Shown: positions 28,769-37,734 of the stretch, piece by piece
Layout: every line of letters starts with the position of its first letter
Position numbering within the stretch: the first letter of the stretch is position 1
NCBI GenBank assembly: GCA_963836315.1
Contig: CAWIJG010000002.1
Location: forward strand, 1,699,791 to 1,763,790
Origin: an uncultured Verrucomicrobiae bacterium
GTDB taxonomy: Bacteria > Verrucomicrobiota > Verrucomicrobiia > Palsa-1439
Direction of reading: 5' to 3'
DNA: 64,000 nt
Program-made: the position numbers and the translations under genes
Notes under the pieces: generated by a model
The model's database searches: none
What the model was told of the DNA's origin: nothing
The model's input: only the letters and a program-made list of their open reading frames with translations

Positions 28769-29965
28769 GTACGCCGATGAAATATCGCCGTTTCGGCCGC
28801 ACGAATCTCTCGATGCCGGTCATTTCCTGCGGGGGAATGCGCTACCAGCATTCGTGGAAGGACGACGACGCGGCGGGCATCACCGCGGAAGGCCAGGCGA
28901 ACCTCGAAGCCACGATCCACCGCGCGCTCGAACTGGGCATCCATCACATCGAGACCGCCCGCGGGTACGGCACGTCGGAACTTCAACTTGGCAAGATCCT
29001 CCCGAATCTTCCGCGTGAGGACCTGATCGTGCAAACCAAGGTCAGCCCGACCGCCGACACGAAGGAGTTTCTGGAGACGTTCGAGAAATCGATGCGCAAC
29101 CTGCAACTTGAGTATGTTGATTTGCTGGGCATCCACGGCATCAACAACGAGGAGTTGCTCGACTTCACCCTCCGCCGCGGTGGCTGCCTTCAGGCCGCGC
29201 GCCAACTCCAAAAGGATGGCCGCGTCCGCTTCATCGGGTTTTCCACGCACGCGGTGCCCCGCGTGATCCGGGGGGCCATCGAGTCGGACGAATTCGACTA
29301 TGTGAACCTGCACTGGTACTTCGTCAATCCGCTCAACTGGTCGGCGGTGCAGGCTGCGACGAAACACGACATGGGGGTGTTCCTCATCAGCCCGAACGAC
29401 AAAGGCGGCATGTTGCAGAACCGGCCGACCAAGATGGCGGGGTTGTGCGCTCCGCTCTCGCCGATGCAATTTAACGACCTCTTCTGCCTCGCGCGGCCCG
29501 AAGTCCACACGCTCAGTTGCGGCGCGGCCCGCCCGACGGATTTCGATGCGCATATCGAGGCGCTGAAGTTTTATGATCGTGCCGCAAAAACCATCGCGCC
29601 CATCGAGCATGGTCTGCGCGAGGAGATGGAGCGCGTGCTCGGGGCGGATTGGTGCGCGCATTGGTCCGAAGGCTTGCCGGAGTACGCCGACGACGCCGTA
29701 CAACGTGAACATCGTTGAGATTCTCCGGCTGTGGACCTACGCGAAATCCCTCGATCTCGTCGAGTGGGGCCGGATGCGCTACAACCTGCTTGGCGGCAAC
29801 GGCGGCCACTGGTTCCCCGGCGAGATGACCAACAAGATCGAAGACGAACAGAAGCTGCTGGCGGCGGTCGCGCGCAGCCCGTTTGCGGCGCGGATTCCGC
29901 AGATTCTTCGCGAAGCCCATGAGATGCTGTACACGGCGCCGAAGAAACGCCTGAGCCAAAGTTGA
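28765..29965 (+). CDS. Aldo/keto reductase family oxidoreductase; apparent frameshift near the C-terminus
   Basis: Frame 1 (28765-29718) gives a complete AKR TIM-barrel ([20 protein letters not shown]...[21 protein letters not shown]...FIGFSTHA). Frame 2 from ~29685 ([44 protein letters not shown]...) reads like the conserved C-terminal extension of long AKR homologues. The frame-1 stop coincides with the start of the meaningful frame-2 sequence, at the GACGACGCCG region ~29690-29700. Confidence 0.65.
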
Positions 29966-29975
29966 GTCCGGAGCG

Positions 29976-30749
29976 TTAGACGGCGCAGAGGTTGTTCTGG
30001 GTGTACTCAAAGCTCTGTTTCAACGAGTCGAACGGGTCGCCGGGGCAGGTGTCCTGTTCGATGCAATACCACTGGCAACCGGCGGCGTCTGCGGCGGGAA
30101 TGATTCGTTTCCAATCGAGGTTGCCGTTGCCGATTTCCGCGAAGGTCGCCTGGTTGTCGGGCGTCACGGTGTAATCCTTCATGTGCAGGACCGGCAATCG
30201 GCCCGTGAGCCGCTGGCACCATGCGACGGGGTCGCCGCCACCGTGTTGCACCCAATAGGTATCAAGTTCGGCCTGGAGATAACGGGGGTCGGTTTCCGCG
30301 AAGAGGATTTCCAGCACGGGTTTCCCGGCCACGCGACGAAACTCGATATGGTGATTGTGGTAGCAAAGTACCTGTCCTGCCTCGTGCAACAACTTGCCCG
30401 CCGCGTTGAGCCGGATGGCGAACGCCTTGACCTCGGCGAGGGTGTCGAACTTCACCCCGCCAGGCCACGGATAGACGGTGATGCGACAGCCAAGGTTCCG
30501 GAGCCGATTAACGACGCGTTGCGGTTCGTTGAGGAGGACATCGCCGGATTCGTGCGTGGAACAACAGGTCAAACCTTCGCCTTGGAGCAGCGACACCAAC
30601 TCATTGTCCGCAATCGGCCCCAGCGCGCTGAGTTCGACGACCTGATAGCCGATGGCGCGGATTTTCTTCAGCGTCCGGGCGATCTCGGCTGGCGTCCCGG
30701 TGAAATCACGAACGGTGTACAATTGGGCGGCGATTTGTTGGAGTTTCAT
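29976..30749 (-). CDS. Sugar phosphate isomerase/epimerase (xylose-isomerase-like TIM barrel)
   Basis: 257 aa. Motifs GYQVVELS, HNHHIEF, HMKDY typical of the AP-endonuclease-2/xylose isomerase-like TIM-barrel family. 4-nt overlap with the upstream Gfo/Idh/MocA gene. Confidence 0.75.
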   Translation of the reverse strand: MKLQQIAAQLYTVRDFTGTPAEIARTLKKIRAIGYQVVELSALGPIADNELVSLLQGEGLTCCSTHESGDVLLNEPQRVVNRLRNLGCRITVYPWPGGVKFDTLAEVKAFAIRLNAAGKLLHEAGQVLCYHNHHIEFRRVAGKPVLEILFAETDPRYLQAELDTYWVQHGGGDPVAWCQRLTGRLPVLHMKDYTVTPDNQATFAEIGNGNLDWKRIIPAADAAGCQWYCIEQDTCPGDPFDSLKQSFEYTQNNLCAV

Positions 30750-31906
30750 CGGTTAAACGATTTCGCAAGGTCATCGGCCACCACGCTCGGGGTGCGCACA
30801 GCATTCTTGTTGAAACGCGAGGTGGAGATTTTTTCTTTCAGGTACCTCTCATACGCGGCGGAATCCAACGGCAGTTCGACCGTTTGGTTGAGCGCCGAGG
30901 AAAGGAGTATGGCGTTGACGAGTTCGACGGAACGAATGCCTTCGCCGGCTGGCGCGAGCAGCGGCTTGCCGTCAAGGATCGCATCGACGAAATCCTGCAG
31001 CACGGCGACGTGTTGCCCGCCATGGTCGGGGAAGGTGAACCTCACTTCCTGCGTCGCGGGGGCCGCAAACGCCTTGGTGGCGGTGCGACTGAATTCGCTC
31101 ATGGGCATTTCATTTTTGAGGAACACGAGCGTGTCGTTTTCGAGCACCAGTTTCCCGTTCTCCCCGGCGATTTCGAGGCGATTGGTGCCGGGCGCTTCCC
31201 CGGTGGAGGTGAGGAACACCGCCGTCGCCCCGTCGGCGTATTCGAAATACGCGGTCGCGTCATCCTCCACCTCGATGTCGTGATAACGGCCGAACCGGCA
31301 GAAGCCGCGCACGCGTGTCGGCATCCCGAAGAACCATTGGAAGAGGTCGAGGTTGTGCAGGCATTGGTTGAGCAGGACGCCGCCGCCTTCACCGGCCCAC
31401 GTCGCGCGCCAGCTGCCGAGCTTGAAGTACGCCTCCGGGCGAAACCAGTTCGTGATGATCCAGTTGATGCGGCGAATCGGGCCGAGCTCTCCGCCTTGGA
31501 TGAGTTCCCGCACTTTTCGATAGTACGGATCTGTGCGTTGATTGAATACGACGGCGAACACCTGTTTCGGGTTCTGATGGGCCGCGATCAGCCGTTCACA
31601 GTCGGCTTTCTGGACGGAAATCGGTTTCTCCACGAGGACATGCAATCCCTGCTGCAAGGCGTCGATGCCGATGGGCGTGTGGCTGAAATGCGGCGTCGCG
31701 ATGAGCACCGCGTCAACTGCGCCCGAGCGGATGAGTTCCTCGCTGCGTGTAAAGCCTTTGGCACTTGGGAAACGCGTGAATTTTTCCGGCGTGGGACCGC
31801 ACACAGCCGTGAGTTCGCAACGGCTGACTTTTCCGGACACGATGTTCCCGGCGTGTCCCAGTCCCATGTTGCCCAAGCCGATGATTCCCAGTCGAACCGA
31901 TTTCAT
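30746..31906 (-). CDS. Gfo/Idh/MocA family NAD(P)-dependent oxidoreductase
   Basis: N-terminal Rossmann fold VRLGIIGLGNMGLGHAGNI and the conserved EKP motif (LHVLVEKPISV). 386 aa. Confidence 0.85.
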   Translation of the reverse strand: MKSVRLGIIGLGNMGLGHAGNIVSGKVSRCELTAVCGPTPEKFTRFPSAKGFTRSEELIRSGAVDAVLIATPHFSHTPIGIDALQQGLHVLVEKPISVQKADCERLIAAHQNPKQVFAVVFNQRTDPYYRKVRELIQGGELGPIRRINWIITNWFRPEAYFKLGSWRATWAGEGGGVLLNQCLHNLDLFQWFFGMPTRVRGFCRFGRYHDIEVEDDATAYFEYADGATAVFLTSTGEAPGTNRLEIAGENGKLVLENDTLVFLKNEMPMSEFSRTATKAFAAPATQEVRFTFPDHGGQHVAVLQDFVDAILDGKPLLAPAGEGIRSVELVNAILLSSALNQTVELPLDSAAYERYLKEKISTSRFNKNAVRTPSVVADDLAKSFNR

Positions 31907-32519
31907 GAAACGTGCCCTTTCAATCCTTCTTCATCCTATGCCACCGGCGGCCCGTCAAGCGCGTTTTCCCCGAGGAACCCGTCGGCCGTCTTGTAAGGGA
32001 AAACCTTACAACAAAATCAGGGAAACCCCTACAGACAGAGTATCGGAGTTTCGATTATACAAAGAGTCGAAAACTAGGGAGCCAGGTGCCAATCGCTGCG
32101 TACAGGATCGTGTGCGTCGAACGACAACGGGTCGGTCAACCCGAATCCCATGTACACATTGTGAGGATCGGCACTGCGGACGACGGTATCGGCGCCCGGC
32201 AATGGAGCATCCAACAAGTGTTGGTCGCAATGGAAGAAGGCGATGTGTTTTACACACAGGATATGACCAGCGGGAAGATCGCCAGTGTGGCCGCCTACCA
32301 ATGCGCGCAATGCCGTCAAACCTACATCCGCTCCGACGCCAATGCCCTTGCTGGCAGCAATCTTGATAATCTGCCGGGCTGCGCGTCGCCGTAGTCGGGG
32401 CCAAACCCGTGATTCTCTCGTGGCTCGGCGCGGCAAAATGGGTTCGTTTGGCTTCGCTTCGGTAAAACCACCCCATTTTCGACACAAGTACGCCTCCTGC
32501 ACCCCTCAAAATGGGTTCG

Positions 32520-32640
32520 TGTTTCGTCGAACGAACTCAATCTCATTTTACATAACTTATTCACAGCTAGAGCGATATGCATTTTTGAAATGGCTTCGCT
32601 TTTGAAAAACATACTTTAATAGAGAGCCAAGCCGCTGGGA
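32520..32640. other. Low-GC island in a 1.4-kb non-coding region
   Basis: tcattttacataacttattcacagctagagcgatatgcatttttgaaatggcttcgcttttgaaaaacatactttaatagagag. Markedly AT-rich relative to the ~60% GC surroundings. Flanked by short repeats: caaaatgggttcgt at 32424-32437 and 32497-32510, and ggcttcgctt at two sites. Confidence 0.6.
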
Positions 32641-32713
32641 GTGCCGGAGCCGAGTCCGACGAGACGCCGCACGCCGTACTCCCCGGCAAACGCAACACCG
32701 AAGGTGGCCCGAA

Positions 32714-32822
32714 GGCCGAGCCGAGCGGGAGCGAGCGAGTGAAGCCGAGCCCGAGGGTAGGGCGAGACGCAGATCCGCGTAGCGGAGAGCCGTAGGCCGA
32801 GCCGAGCGGGAGCGAGCGAGTG
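32714..32822. repeat. Two copies of a 28-bp GC-rich direct repeat (GGCCGAGCCGAGCGGGAGCGAGCGAGTG) 81 bp apart
   Basis: Copies at 32714-32741 and 32795-32822, identical. Read directly. Only two copies, so not a CRISPR array. Confidence 0.6.
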
Positions 32823-32933
32823 CAATTCCCCCTCCCATGCGAACTGTTCTTTCGTCGCCTTCCCGCGCATGTCTCTACGATCCATGCTCACCCCTCGATT
32901 CTCTCACAATCCCAGAAATACCGTTATCGTACT

Positions 32934-32960
32934 TTGGAAGGTTTGGAAGGTTTGGAAGCT
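32934..32960. repeat. Tandem 9-mer (TTTGGAAGG)x3
   Basis: tttggaagg tttggaagg tttggaagc, read directly. Confidence 0.7.
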
Positions 32961-33028
32961 TTTCTTTAAGAATCCACGCTGCGGGATTCCCAAAACCAGC
33001 CTGTGCCAGAGCCAAGTGCCTGTACTGA

Positions 33029-33250
33029 TTGACCGAACGCAGTAAGCTTCTCTTTGTGAACCGGACTCTCTGGCGAGCGGTTTATACGGCGTGGGCTGTG
33101 GTTTATATTGGGACGTTTGCTGTCTGTATCTCTTCCGGCTTGGAGAAAACCCTCTGGTTGCTGATTACGCCGTTGTGGGGGTTGTGCGCCTTCGCCCTGA
33201 TAAGGATGAGGTCTCCAAAGCGGCACAGCTTCCGTTACGGCCCAAGGTAA
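33029..33250 (+). CDS. Small hypothetical membrane protein (2 TM, 73 aa)
   Basis: ORF with two hydrophobic helices (AVYTAWAVVYIGTFAVCI; LWLLITPLWGLCAFALI) directly upstream of the YdjM-like gene. No recognisable family. Could be spurious. Confidence 0.25.
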   Translation: MTERSKLLFVNRTLWRAVYTAWAVVYIGTFAVCISSGLEKTLWLLITPLWGLCAFALIRMRSPKRHSFRYGPR

Positions 33251-33326
33251 TCCGCCACCGTTCAACAGGGCCATTCAGCCTGTGCCAATACCGTCGCGCT
33301 TGCCCACCTGACAAACGGCGGATACT

Positions 33327-34268
33327 GTGCCGCTCGTGGACAACATTGCACACGGGCTGACGGGGGCGCTAATTGGCTATTGCGGGTTTCGGCAGCGGGG
33401 CGGGACTGAATCGGGCCGGGCTGCGCTCTGGACGTGCGTTGCGGCGGCGGAGTTTCCCGATATGGATGTCGTGTTGGGCTTTTTTGGCCGCGATACATTT
33501 TTTCGCTGGCATCGCAGCTTCACGCACTCGGCAATCATGTTGCCGCTGTGGGCCACTCTGTTGGCGTGGGTGTTTTGGGAATGGTCGGATCGCAGGAACT
33601 TCCGGTTGTTGTGGTGGGCTGCCGTCGCGGGGATCGCCTCGCATTTGTTGCTCGACTGGCTGACCAACTACGGGACAGAACTGCTTTGGCCGCTGAGCGA
33701 CCGGCGATTTGCCCTGAGTTGGGTGTTCATTGTGGACGTCTATGTATGGGCGGTGTTGCTGATCGGGACGGTGGCGGCGATTTGGACACAGCGCGCGTGG
33801 GTGGCAAGGACGGCGTTGGGGCTGGTCGGGGTGTTCTTTCTTTTCTGCGGCGTCTCGCGAGCGGAGGCGTTGCACCGATACGAAGCAGGTGGCGTGTCGG
33901 GACGGATTGGCGCGTTCCCGCAACCGATGGATCCGTTGCACTGGACGATGGTCCGCGACGACGGCGGCACCATGTATTGGGTGAGCGGTTCTCACTCCAA
34001 CAGGTTCGCGCAGTTTCACGATGACAACTTGCTGTCGAAGGCGGAGGCGACAGAGGCCGTGAGGCTATTCCGATGGTTTGCGGAGTTTCCCCTGGTGGAG
34101 AAAACCGAGGAAGACGGCCACACGGTATTGCGGTACCGCGATCTGCGATTTCGTTCACCAATGCCGCGGGGCCGCGTGCGCGAGGGGATGTTCGTCATTG
34201 CGAAGGTCGTCTTCGACGACCACGGCAACGTCATTGCGGCGAAACTCGCCAGCGAAAATGACCGGTAG
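33327..34268 (+). CDS. Membrane-bound metal-dependent hydrolase, YdjM/DUF457-like, with C-terminal soluble domain
   Basis: N-terminal MPLVDNIAHGLTGALIGYCGF, with conserved His/Asp positions in TM helices (FTHSAIMLPLW, HLLLDWLTNYG), typical of the YdjM family. ~120-aa C-terminal extension. Confidence 0.6.
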   Translation: MPLVDNIAHGLTGALIGYCGFRQRGGTESGRAALWTCVAAAEFPDMDVVLGFFGRDTFFRWHRSFTHSAIMLPLWATLLAWVFWEWSDRRNFRLLWWAAVAGIASHLLLDWLTNYGTELLWPLSDRRFALSWVFIVDVYVWAVLLIGTVAAIWTQRAWVARTALGLVGVFFLFCGVSRAEALHRYEAGGVSGRIGAFPQPMDPLHWTMVRDDGGTMYWVSGSHSNRFAQFHDDNLLSKAEATEAVRLFRWFAEFPLVEKTEEDGHTVLRYRDLRFRSPMPRGRVREGMFVIAKVVFDDHGNVIAAKLASENDR

Positions 34269-34426
34269 CGGAACTGGAGCAGAGCCTGAGCAGCCGGTGA
34301 TTACTTCGCTTGGGGCTGACATAGTCGACGTGAAGAGGGCCGCGCCTGCTCGACTGGCAAACAGCGGATACACTATCCGGCCACGGCGGTTCTCAAGGCG
34401 CGGGGCTGCGCATTGAGGGCAGTCGT

Positions 34427-35578
34427 TCATCGCGTGACACGCTCGATCGGGGCGAGGTTGTTGGTGTTCCAAGCGTAGGATACGCCGTTGGGGAAGGCGA
34501 CAACGTAGCGGCCGTTGGGGAATCGGGTGAGAGTGGGTCTGCCGCGAGTGCCCTTGGTAATATCGACGAGGCATTGCCCCCACGGCGCGGCGCGGTTGGC
34601 GGCTGTGTTCCAGCAACCGTAAAAGGAGTGGGTGTCGTCACCTTTGAACCGGCTTATGTCATCGCCCGCATACGTCCAGCCAGCGGCGTAGTCGTGCGGC
34701 TGGATGAGTTGCACACCGGCGGCGAGCATGATGAGGACGACCTTGGCGTTGCGGTCGGCATTGGACCGGACGAAGCCGACTTCGTCGCAGAACATCGGCA
34801 TACCGGCCGGCAGCATCGCTTTATCGGCCATGAGGTTATCGTAGAGCGGGGCGGATGGAGTTTGTGCCTGCACAGCAGGATGATCCGCCGGATTATAGGG
34901 CACGTCAGGAGCCGTAACCCATGAGCCGTAATAGTGAAAGCTGACAGCATCGCAGTTGGTGGCACAGCCACGGTCAACTAGCTCCTTGAACTCTCTGGGG
35001 CCGCAGCCCTGAAGTGTGAACCCGACGATCTTGACGCGGCCACGCGACAAAGCATGGCATCGTTGGAGAATCGCCGCGTGGCGATCAAAACCTTCCGGTG
35101 AGTAGAAGGGTTCGTTGTCGGGCGCAATCCAGAGGTTGTCCTTGGCGGTCGTGTAGCGTATGCAAAGATGCTCAAACAATCGACCAAGGCGGTCAACGTA
35201 GTTGGAGGTGGTCACATCAAGGGGTGGGTCGAAGATCTTTAGGATGACCTGTCGGCCCCCCTGTGCGGCGAGCCAGCCGTCGAGGCCGGTGAAGTCGAAG
35301 ATGGTGCTGAATTGCTGCGGAAACAACGCCCTAGCGTCTCGTCCCGCCAGTGCGGGATTCGGTATCTCCATTGCCAACCAGCGTGTCTCAGGTGCGCCGC
35401 CAACGCTCCATGCCGGATGCAACGCGGCAACGGCTGGGTCGGACTTGGAGAAGCTTGCCAACGACAGCCACGGCACGGAACCCGGAGGCGCAGCGGCGGA
35501 GCATGGTTTGCAGGCGGCGAGCGCGATCGCGGAGGTGAGTGCGGCAAACAACACAACGCCGATATAAGGACTTCTCAT
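34427..35578 (-). CDS. Secreted glycoside hydrolase, GH5-like (TIM-barrel, NEP catalytic motif)
   Basis: Signal peptide plus lipobox-like LAAC. WIAPDNEPF matches the GH5 acid/base NEP motif. 383 aa. Confidence 0.5.
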   Translation of the reverse strand: MRSPYIGVVLFAALTSAIALAACKPCSAAAPPGSVPWLSLASFSKSDPAVAALHPAWSVGGAPETRWLAMEIPNPALAGRDARALFPQQFSTIFDFTGLDGWLAAQGGRQVILKIFDPPLDVTTSNYVDRLGRLFEHLCIRYTTAKDNLWIAPDNEPFYSPEGFDRHAAILQRCHALSRGRVKIVGFTLQGCGPREFKELVDRGCATNCDAVSFHYYGSWVTAPDVPYNPADHPAVQAQTPSAPLYDNLMADKAMLPAGMPMFCDEVGFVRSNADRNAKVVLIMLAAGVQLIQPHDYAAGWTYAGDDISRFKGDDTHSFYGCWNTAANRAAPWGQCLVDITKGTRGRPTLTRFPNGRYVVAFPNGVSYAWNTNNLAPIERVTR

Positions 35579-35827
35579 GATGTTGCGTACCCCGGTTAGT
35601 TCAATTGATCGTGCCTGTCAAGTGCCCGATCGGAACAGGCATGGCGATTCTCCAGCCGCCACGACCCCTGCCTCGCATTGGTTGCCTATCACTTGCTGGG
35701 TTTCGTTTGCTTGCGAGTCTCACTGAGTTAACGTTGCCCCCCATTGTCAGACGCCACCATCACGACGGCGAATCTCTCTCCTGTGACTGCAGTTTCTTTG
35801 ATCAGAACTGGGTTAACTCGACTACCG

Positions 35828-35915
35828 AGAGCGGCCGCAACGACGTTGGCAGCTTTGCGGGGACAACTGCCATTGAGGGGGGGCGGAACATGATGGGCTC
35901 TTCGCCGGGGCAGCG
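35828..35915. repeat. ~90-bp element homologous to the 3' coding tail of the GH5-like gene at 39253-39340 (orphan gene-tail remnant)
   Basis: cggccgcaacgacgttggcagctttgcgggg...ttgagggg..ggcggaacatgatgggctcttcgcc aligns with cggcggcaacggcgttggcagcattgcgcgcgg...ttgaggggacggaacaggatcggctcctcc. Minus-strand translations are PLNGSCPRKAANVVAAALG versus PLKGGSARNAANAVAAALSN. The copy at 35.8 kb is frameshifted and not attached to an intact gene. Confidence 0.55.
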
Positions 35916-36075
35916 ATGATCCTCTCCGTGGTAAGGAATCTGATCTTGGAGCGACGGGAAGGGCACGGAATCGGCTTATCAGCATTGTCAAAGGTGATAA
36001 AGGTGATACTATGAACGCTTGTCCGACTGAATGGTCCGCGACTGTCGCAAGGCGTGAGTCATACGGGAAAGGTCG

Positions 36076-36960
36076 GATTGGAAGGTCTTCCTCACGATGA
36101 CACCGCAACGGAGATTCATCAAGGAGTTGGACAGGCCCGGTCTTCAGCCAGTCCTGGCGTTTCTGGCAACCCGGTATGCTCAACGAAAAACCGGGTTGGA
36201 TCCGCAGATTTTCCATGACGCTGGGTGGATCCGGCGAGTGGGACACTATTATTTGGCCGAATCTACGACCTTTGATTGGCTTGCGGGCCAAATCGCGGCA
36301 TGGCGCAACGACCTCGGCGGCATTCTCCACATGTACGGGGACTGCTGGTCTTACCAATACAAACCCAAGGAAGGTGACGTCGTGGTGGATATTGGCACCG
36401 GTGTCGGAATCTGCAGGCCATGACAAGAACGGAATCGAGCCGGAATTTGTCGACTAAGCCCGCTGGGGCTTATTCCGTCATTGCGCAGAACCGACACGGC
36501 TTCATTGGTGATCCATGAAACAGGTTCTCATCCTGACGCCATTCTATGACCCGGCCAAAGACGGTATTGCCGAAGCGGCAAAGGTGACGGCGGTCGGTTT
36601 GGCCAACCGTGGCTACCGGGTAACCGTGGCGACTGGTTATCTTCCAGATCGCGGGACGGAAGCGCCCGAAGCCAATCCGACCGTAAAACAATTCAAGGTG
36701 AGCGGGAACTCAAGTCTGCGTGTTGGTATTCAAGGTGAAATAACCGCTTATAAAGACTTCGTCGCGAACTTCAACGGGGAGTTTATCATTTGCCACAGCT
36801 GGGAGTGCTGGTCCACCGACCTCGCGGCATCTGTGTTTCGCAAAACACCAGCGAAGAAAATTCTGGTGAGTCACGGGCTTACCGCTCATCTCGTGCATTG
36901 GCACAGTCACTTCCCCTGGGGGCTTGGCCAATGGCTGGGGTGGCAGCCCTACGTAGTGCG
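36076..36960 (+). repeat. Segmental duplication, copy A (FkbM-GT1 unit; paralogous to 46086-47475)
   Basis: Near-identical DNA to copy B from the shared ggaaggtcttcctcacgatgacaccgcaacggagattcatcaagg start through the first ~450 bp of the GT1 gene. Copy A lacks ~525 bp that are present in copy B (46405-46936). Confidence 0.8.
36097..36423 (+). pseudogene. FkbM-family methyltransferase with in-frame ~525-bp internal deletion (108 aa; N-terminal 102 aa fused to last 6 codons)
   Basis: First 102 aa are ~90% identical to the intact 283-aa FkbM at 46098-46949, up to the SAM-motif VVDIG(A/T)GVG. It then jumps to the C-terminal codons (GIRRT/ICRP) and the stop. Deletion junction cgg|aatc. Confidence 0.7.
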
Positions 36961-37687
36961 CCTGCCGTTCTTGATGAGGAAATTTTCCCGGGTCGTGCTC
37001 TTGAGCAAACGGGTTGATCGACGACGGTTTTTTGACCATCGAGTTGCCAAGCTCACCGGCTATCGGGGGATCGTGGTGATTCCCAACGGTGTCGACCCGG
37101 ACACATTTGACAGACCACTGCCCGACTTCCGCCGCGAGTTCGGTGTCGGGGAAGGTTGCCTGTTTTTATGCGTGGCGAACTACTGCACGCGCAAGAATCA
37201 GGAACTGGCCTTGCGCGCGTTCCGCAAGGCCCGAACAGCCGGGGCAACCCTGGTGTTCATTGGCAGTGAGTTCAATGAGTACCAAGCCATGGTGCGCGAC
37301 CTCGATCAGGAACTGGCAAAATCGCATCCCGAAGGGCGGGTCGTGTTCCTCGAGAAAATCACCCGAGATATGACGCTGGCAGCCTACAACTCGTGTGATG
37401 CTTTCGTCCTGACGTCGAAAGACGAAACTCAGCCGATTGTGCTCTTGGAGGCCATGGCTTGCGCAAAACCGTTTATCAGTACGGAAAGCAGCGGTTGTAT
37501 CGAAGAGTTGCCTGGTGGAGTGGTGGCGCGCTCGGAGCAGGAAATCAGCGAACAGATGAAACATCTTGCTGAAAATCCCGATGCCCGTGTCGCGCTCGGG
37601 AAAACGGGACGCGACGCCTGTCTGACGCGGTACACTCACGAACGCGTGGTGGACGCATACCAAAAACTGTTGGAATCCCTCGGATGA
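36515..37687 (+). CDS. Glycosyltransferase, GT-B fold (GT4/GT1 family)
   Basis: 390 aa. N-terminal MKQVLILTPFYDPAKDGIAEAAKVTAVGLANRGYRVTVATGY. C-terminal GT4 motif region (DAFVLTSKDETQPIVLLEAMACAKPFISTESSGCIEEL). This is the intact copy of the duplicated GT. Confidence 0.8.
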   Translation: MKQVLILTPFYDPAKDGIAEAAKVTAVGLANRGYRVTVATGYLPDRGTEAPEANPTVKQFKVSGNSSLRVGIQGEITAYKDFVANFNGEFIICHSWECWSTDLAASVFRKTPAKKILVSHGLTAHLVHWHSHFPWGLGQWLGWQPYVVRLPFLMRKFSRVVLLSKRVDRRRFFDHRVAKLTGYRGIVVIPNGVDPDTFDRPLPDFRREFGVGEGCLFLCVANYCTRKNQELALRAFRKARTAGATLVFIGSEFNEYQAMVRDLDQELAKSHPEGRVVFLEKITRDMTLAAYNSCDAFVLTSKDETQPIVLLEAMACAKPFISTESSGCIEELPGGVVARSEQEISEQMKHLAENPDARVALGKTGRDACLTRYTHERVVDAYQKLLESLG

Positions 37688-37734
37688 AGTTTGCTCCGTG
37701 ACGCTGCCCGGGGCGATCAGTCGCCCTGGACGGA

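Noticed and set aside
31912-32509. Overlapping 140-170-aa ORFs on both strands (31912-32394 plus; 32006-32509 and 32074-32502 minus) upstream of the Gfo/Idh/MocA gene
   Set aside because: None shows a recognisable family signature and the three are mutually exclusive. I could not decide from codon pattern alone which, if any, is real. The region is left uncalled and flagged as part of the unusual intergenic region.
32714-32822. Possible CRISPR array (GC-rich 28-bp direct repeats)
   Set aside because: Only two repeat copies, with a single 53-bp spacer. No cas genes anywhere in the window. The repeat lacks the typical CRISPR repeat terminal motifs.
35728-36426. 232-aa minus-strand ORF overlapping the truncated FkbM copy (and the analogous 252-aa ORF at 45873-46631 opposite the intact FkbM)
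   Set aside because: Both lie antisense to well-supported FkbM coding sequence and have no recognisable domains. These are typical high-GC shadow ORFs. Only the last ~30 codons of the 35.7-kb one are meaningful, as a GH5 tail remnant, reported separately.
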